This document shows positions 57,115-64,000 of a stretch of 64,000 bases of DNA, piece by piece (the first letter of the stretch is position 1; each line of letters begins with the position of its first letter). The position numbers were made by a program, and so were the translations under genes. The stretch comes from Eledone cirrhosa (Eukaryota), in NCBI GenBank assembly GCA_964016885.1, contig OZ024749.1, forward strand, positions 23,684,001-23,748,000. The letters run 5' to 3'. Under the pieces are notes generated by a model. The model searched no databases and was not told the DNA's origin. It worked only from the letters and a program-made list of their open reading frames with translations.

Positions 57115-58738
57115 TTTAATTAATTAAATAATTTAGTTAATATAAGAAACCTGTCGATAAATCATTAGATTCCTTCACCTTTTTCATTTTCTTTGGTTAA
57201 GTACCCAAGTATAAATTTTCTTCATAAATTTTCTTCATAAATATAATTATAAATATAATAAACTATTCTAGAAAAGTTTATCCTTTCAATATCTGGAATA
57301 AAATATACGTAAGATAAATTTCTATACTAAACATATTATTTTAGCTTAGATTCATTCTATTTATATTTTTTTTATTAGATTCATTTTTTTATTAGATTCA
57401 TTTTATTTTTATTTTTTATTTTTTATTTTTTATTTTTTATTTTTTAATTTTTATTTTTTATTTTTTATTAGATTTGTTTTTATTCTGATAGCTTCTCATA
57501 ATTTTTATTAGATTTATTTTTTTATTCTCATATCTTCTCATAATTTTCAAAGTTTGTCCTCTCAATGTCTTGATTAAAATATACGTAAGATAAATTTCTA
57601 TGCTAAATATATTAAACATATTATTTTAACTTGAAATATTCTATAGTATTTTGGGATATTTTAGTATTTTGATGTTTGTAGAATTCGGTTGCCTTTTAAG
57701 TTATATTGATATAATTATAATCCTTTTGTATTTTATATACTCAATTATACTGTTATATGTTGATGTATACTTATGTCTATGTACGGCTTATGTATTTATA
57801 TGTGTGGGTTGACATAAATATACATGTTATAGGTTTTTTTGTGATTATATGTCTGTCTGTATATATGCATGAGTGACGCGTGTATACCAATTGAAGATGC
57901 ACACACATATCTATTCATGTATAGCTAAGACATTATGGGTGTGAATATACATGCTTACAGATGCAGTTTTTGATTGCAGATATACATAACTTAACAGCCA
58001 TACATGCAGAAAAGTTAATCCTATATATTTGTAGATATATACTAACATTTTTTAATTACTAACACAAGGAGTGTATAGCAACAAATAAAAAATCACTTAT
58101 GCTTTGTATGTATACATTGTGTGCGGGAGTAGATATAATGTATATCTCTGAGTGAGTGAGTATATATATATATATTTATGTACCTTTGTCTATGTATATG
58201 TGATATACGATAGATAATTTCTCTAGCAATAAATTTATTTTGTAGTGTTTAAATTCCAATTTTTAATATATTGATCTCAATTTTAAACTAAATATATAAT
58301 CATAATTAAACAATGTGTAATTTCTCATATTATATATCTATATTCCATTCACGAATATTAATATTTCTAATTTTATTTATTCATTTCATCTCAATTGTTA
58401 ACTCAACTTAATATAACATAACTTAAGGTTTTCGTTCTCTACCCCTCACTCTATCTATGTATATCTCCCTCTTGAGATCATTCTCTGTCTGATGTTTTGA
58501 TATCTCCCCGTTATTTTCCTCTGTTCTCTTTTATTTTTGCTTGCTTCTTTTTCTTTATCTATATTTCCCTTTCTTTTTCTCCACGTTTCTCTCTCTCTCT
58601 CTCTCCATCTTTTTACTTACTCTTAACACTATGACTTACTAAAATAAACAAACCACTATCCGGATGGCCTCCCAAAACAACGGTCACCTTTTTGAAAGGG
58701 TATGTCAATTATCTATTTGTAAAACTGTTATCTATTGT

Positions 58739-58801
58739 ATTTTGTCTGATGAAGGCATACCATGATTTAACTTGGTATCCTTGAAATATATATAATGAAA
58801 T
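58739..58801 (+). ncRNA. Minimal type I hammerhead ribozyme
   Basis: ATTTTGT-CTGATGA-AGGCATACCA..TGGTATCCTT-GAAA-TATATAT-A-ATGAAAT. Confidence 0.85.
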
Positions 58802-58842
58802 AAATATAGTTTTATAAATATAGTTTCCATTTATTAATACTG

Positions 58843-58980
<138 letters not shown>

Positions 58981-58983
58981 TAC

Positions 58984-59451
58984 ATATATTGAAAGGATAA
59001 CAAGGACGATTGGTTACTCCTTCATTACATTTATAGGTAGGTGTCGCGGGTTCCGCCACTGATCAGCTCAAGGTTCGATCTGTATCGATCTTACATGACT
59101 CTATAATCGGCAGCTCGACGGACCCTTTAATATGCTAGTAGCTGCCGATTATAGAGTCGGGTAAGATCGAGACATTCGAAGATTGAGCTGATCAGTGGCG
59201 AAACACACGTCACCTACAAATAAATATAATGAAGGAGTAACCAATCGTCCTTGTTATCCTTTCAATATATCACACTCTGTACAGCTCTACACCTCAACAC
59301 AGAAGTGAACCTAATCATCGAGTGCTCACCCCGGTGATCCTGCAGTAACTCCAAGTTACACTCCCTATATATATATATATATAGGGAGTGTAACTTGGAG
59401 TTACTGCAGGTTCACCCGGGTGAGTACTCGATGTTTAGGTTCACTTCTGTG
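58984..59451. mobile_element. Double palindrome: head fold-back (58984-59270) plus tail-to-tail palindrome around (TA)n (59298-59451)
   Basis: Arms readable directly; half-HHR GGC-GAAA-CACACGT-C-ACCT near 59198-59215. Confidence 0.88.
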
Positions 59452-59734
59452 ATATATATATATATAAACAGATACATGTACATGTGTATATAATATTTTT
59501 TGCCCATAGACAATTTAATTTTATTATCACAATCATTTAGACGTCCTTACTTTGAAATAAAACAGTTTCGTAACTCAAGAATGACATGAGTAATGAAAGA
59601 AGAAAGAAACAATTGAACGACCATTAAAAGAAGAAATAAATGGTAAATGAAAAATAGAGACAGAAAACAAAACCGAAAAACGAAATAAAAAGAGGAAACA
59701 GGATATAAATCATCACTAATAAAAAGAGATAACG

Positions 59735-59762
59735 AAATGATGATGGTGATGATGATAAGACC

Positions 59763-59856
<94 letters not shown>

Positions 59857-59870
59857 ACAGCAGCAGCAGC

Positions 59871-59938
<68 letters not shown>

Positions 59939-60377
59939 CAAGAGTAGCAGAAGCAACAGTAGCAATACTATTGGTAGTAGGAATAGGAATAGCATGCTGG
60001 TGATGATGATGATGAAGATGATGAGGGGGAGGAGGAGGCAGATGAGGAAGTAGAGAAGGTGGAGGAGGAGGAGGAGGAGGAGGTGGATGAGGAGGAGTAG
60101 GAGGAGGAGGAGGAGAAACATCAGCTGCAGAGATAAGTATACGGATGATGTTGCTGCTGCTGATGATGATGATAATGTTGATGATGAAGGTGATTATGAT
60201 GATGAAAACGATGGTGATGATTTGAGATGGCGACGATGGCGACACTAATAATAAACAATACTAACAGCAAAGGAAAATAATAAAAAAAAGTAACATCAAT
60301 AAATAAACAACGAAAATGATAACAAAAACCACGGCAACAACAACAACAAAAATAAAAATAGTAACATTAAGAACATC

Positions 60378-60422
<45 letters not shown>

Positions 60423-60541
60423 TATAATTGTTTCTACGTTTGGCAAAAGACCAGCAATTATCTCAATGCATTACTGGTACTTTATTCTATCGACCCCGGA
60501 AGGATGAAAGGCAAAGTTAACCTCGGCGGGATTAATAATAA

Positions 60542-60632
<91 letters not shown>

Positions 60633-60707
60633 AAGAAGAAGAACGACGACAACAAAAAACAATGAAAATGATAACAAAAACGACAACAACAACAACAATA
60701 ACAATAA

Positions 60708-60751
<44 letters not shown>

Positions 60752-60900
60752 GTAATAATAATTATAAAACAATAACGAAAACGACATCAACAACAACAAC
60801 AACAATAATAATAATAATACTAATAATAATAATTATAATAATAATAATTATAAAACAATAATGATAAGAACGACAACAAAAACAACAGTCACAAGCAAAA
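59735..60900. repeat. Compound trinucleotide arrays (GTA, GGA, GAT, AAT, AAG) with a truncated SINE A at 60428-60531 (minus)
   Basis: Read directly from the sequence. Confidence 0.9.
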
Positions 60901-61214
60901 GGAGGAGGAGGACGTCGCTGGTGCCGATGAAACTCCAAAGTAAAAATAATGGAAATAACATTTATTTGGGTTATCTGTGGCAAGTTTAATTCTCTTTTCT
61001 TGACAGGGTCTCATGTGATTAATATATGGAAATAAAAGAAAACATGAACAAGTAGAAAGACCAAAGAAAATAGACAGATAAATAATAGTATAAATAAATA
61101 AATAGCAAATGGAAAAATATGACATACACATACATTTATATGCGTTTGTGTGTGTTTGTGCGTGAGTTTATGTGTATATCTATATATATATATATACACA
61201 CATATATATATATA

Positions 61215-61265
<51 letters not shown>

Positions 61266-61504
61266 GAGAGAGAGATAGATACATATATGTGTATATATAT
61301 ATATATATATGTGTATATATATATGTCCATATATAATCGTATGTTTATACATACACATATACATGCGTATACATGTATATATAGGGGCTGTATAAAAAAA
61401 ATTGAACATAAAATATAAATAAATTAAAAGATGTGAAGAAATAATGAAATAGACGTAAAATTGTTATAAAACAATATAAAATATGTAAACATTGCAATGA
61501 AAGG

Positions 61505-61579
<75 letters not shown>

Positions 61580-61624
61580 CAATATATACAAATATATATA
61601 TATATATATATATATACATAATAG

Positions 61625-61657
<33 letters not shown>

Positions 61658-61689
61658 AATATATATATATATAAAATAAATATGAACGA

Positions 61690-61778
<89 letters not shown>

Positions 61779-61876
61779 TAATAATAACATGAAGAAGAAG
61801 AAGAAATGAATTGACACTTCAATAATTTACAATTGCTTTTCTTTTCAGCAGGAAGCCATTTTTGGAACCGTTCCAG

Positions 61877-61916
<40 letters not shown>

Positions 61917-62377
61917 ATATATATATATATATATGCAGGAATGTATGTATAAAAGTATTTATACATATATACTTAAGTATATATTGTATATATCATGTGC
62001 GCGTGAGTCTTCAATTTACAAGTATGGAAACATACATGCAATACATACATACATATAAATATATATATTTATACATATATATTATATATATATAAATATA
62101 TATATATATTTATATATATATACATATATATATATGTATGTATGTATATATATATATGTGTGTTTGCATGTATATGTGTCTATGTATATTGATTTTTGTC
62201 ACCACACAATTCTCACGTCGGCAATACGAACTTGGATGTATAGATTATTTCTTACCAAGGGAACAACAAGAGAACTATTTTCAATAACCAACATTGATAT
62301 TCTATAAGAGTCAGATCCATAGTGCTAATAAGAGAATATATGTTATATATACATATATATATATTAGAATCTTGCAT

Positions 62378-62490
<113 letters not shown>

Positions 62491-62819
62491 TATAATCTTG
62501 CATGTCTTTAAAGTATATCGCTTAGTTTAAGTATCGGAGGAGCTGAGCTCTTGTAAGATGGTGGACGTGGTTCGGTCTTTAAACGGCTATGTACTGTCAA
62601 ATCCCATTTGTGTTGTAACCTTTTACAGTGCCGCTTTTCAGCTTTCTCTACTTCCATGCCCTTTTACATCCTTTACATTTATTATTCTGCACTATATATA
62701 TTTATATATATATATGCATACATATGTACGCTTGTGTATGTGGGCGAATATACATGTGTATATTTGTAATTGTAAATTTATATATACATATACATATACT
62801 TTTACATATACATATGAAT

Positions 62820-62861
<42 letters not shown>

Positions 62862-62879
62862 ATATATTATTATGTATAT

Positions 62880-62953
<74 letters not shown>

Positions 62954-63090
62954 AAAGGCGAAGGAAATAAATGCGAAAGAGCGTTTGTGAATACATACTG
63001 TCTCCCTGAAACGATTTTTACAATTCCATCAGTTCCCCAATCTCTCTGTTCTTCGAAACTCCACAACGCATGAGTGTATGTAAATATAAT

Positions 63091-63123
<33 letters not shown>

Positions 63124-63182
63124 GTAAATATAATAATATATTTTAATATATGTATACATGTATATATATGCCTGTCTGTTTT

Positions 63183-63261
<79 letters not shown>

Positions 63262-63278
63262 TCACATATGTATATATA

Positions 63279-63343
<65 letters not shown>

Positions 63344-63346
63344 TGT

Positions 63347-63381
<35 letters not shown>

Positions 63382-63592
63382 TAAGGATAGTGAAAGAGGA
63401 AAGAAAGTGGTATATAGTTAGATATGCGTGTGTATTGTGTGAGTATTATGGTTTGTCTGTAGTCTCTAGCTGATCGAATAACCTCATACAAGTCGCTATA
63501 TTAATTCATAAGTTTAACTGCACTCAAACGTATATGCTTGTGTAGCATAGACCCTTTATTTCTTCTTTACATTATTTTTCCAGTTATTTTTT

Positions 63593-63815
63593 TAGTCGAT
63601 CTACTTATGTCAAATCGGACCGAGGAAACAACGTTTTTTTTCCGTTCCTCTTTCCAATTGCTAATACTATCTATCGGTAGCAACTCCAGGTAGAAGGGGC
63701 AACGTGAAATAAAGTGTCTTCTTGCTCAAGGACATAAGCATCGCCCATTCCGGGAATCGAACTCACATCTTCACGATTGTGAATCCAATTCTCTTACCCT
63801 CAGCCACGCGCCTTC
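63593..63815 (-). mobile_element. CORE-type tRNA SINE, family D
   Basis: Homologous to 48067-48275. Confidence 0.85.
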
Positions 63816-64000
63816 ACTTAGATGTATTTGCCCATGAAAGTTACCTGTAATTTGCTGCTTATTGCAAAGACACATGTTCCTTTAACCTAACTCTCGGGGA
63901 GAGATATATATACAGAGCGATGCAATATGTACGAAGAATAGCCATTGGAATTACAGGTACAATGCATCTGAAAGCTTCCACACAGTTTCTATCTAATCAA

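Noticed and set aside
59547-60245. 232-aa Pro/His/Thr-rich ORF
   Set aside because: Compound trinucleotide repeats only.

Overview
AT-rich, microsatellite-saturated eukaryotic DNA with no convincing host protein-coding exon. Nearly all ORFs in the track are artefacts of (TA)n, (GA)n, (CA)n and trinucleotide runs. The repeat content resembles octopus/cephalopod intergenic or intronic DNA (inference). Recognisable elements: a full-length but dead DD37D (maT) Tc1/mariner transposon; three decayed Penelope-like retroelements (two Neptune-like, one Naiad-like); two RTE-like LINE fragments; a non-autonomous Helitron; about 16 copies of one tRNA-derived SINE family; a CORE-type SINE family; and several minisatellites. 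The most striking signal is a dense population of short palindromic or fold-back inserts sitting in (TA)n tracts. Many carry minimal type I hammerhead ribozymes (HHRs), often one per strand facing outward, followed by a 3' tail with a recurring ACTC...GAGTRC hairpin. There is also a 316-bp tandem HHR-like monomer array resembling a retrozyme. One HHR family links directly to the Naiad-like element at 56-59 kb. All coordinates and structures were read by eye and need computational confirmation.
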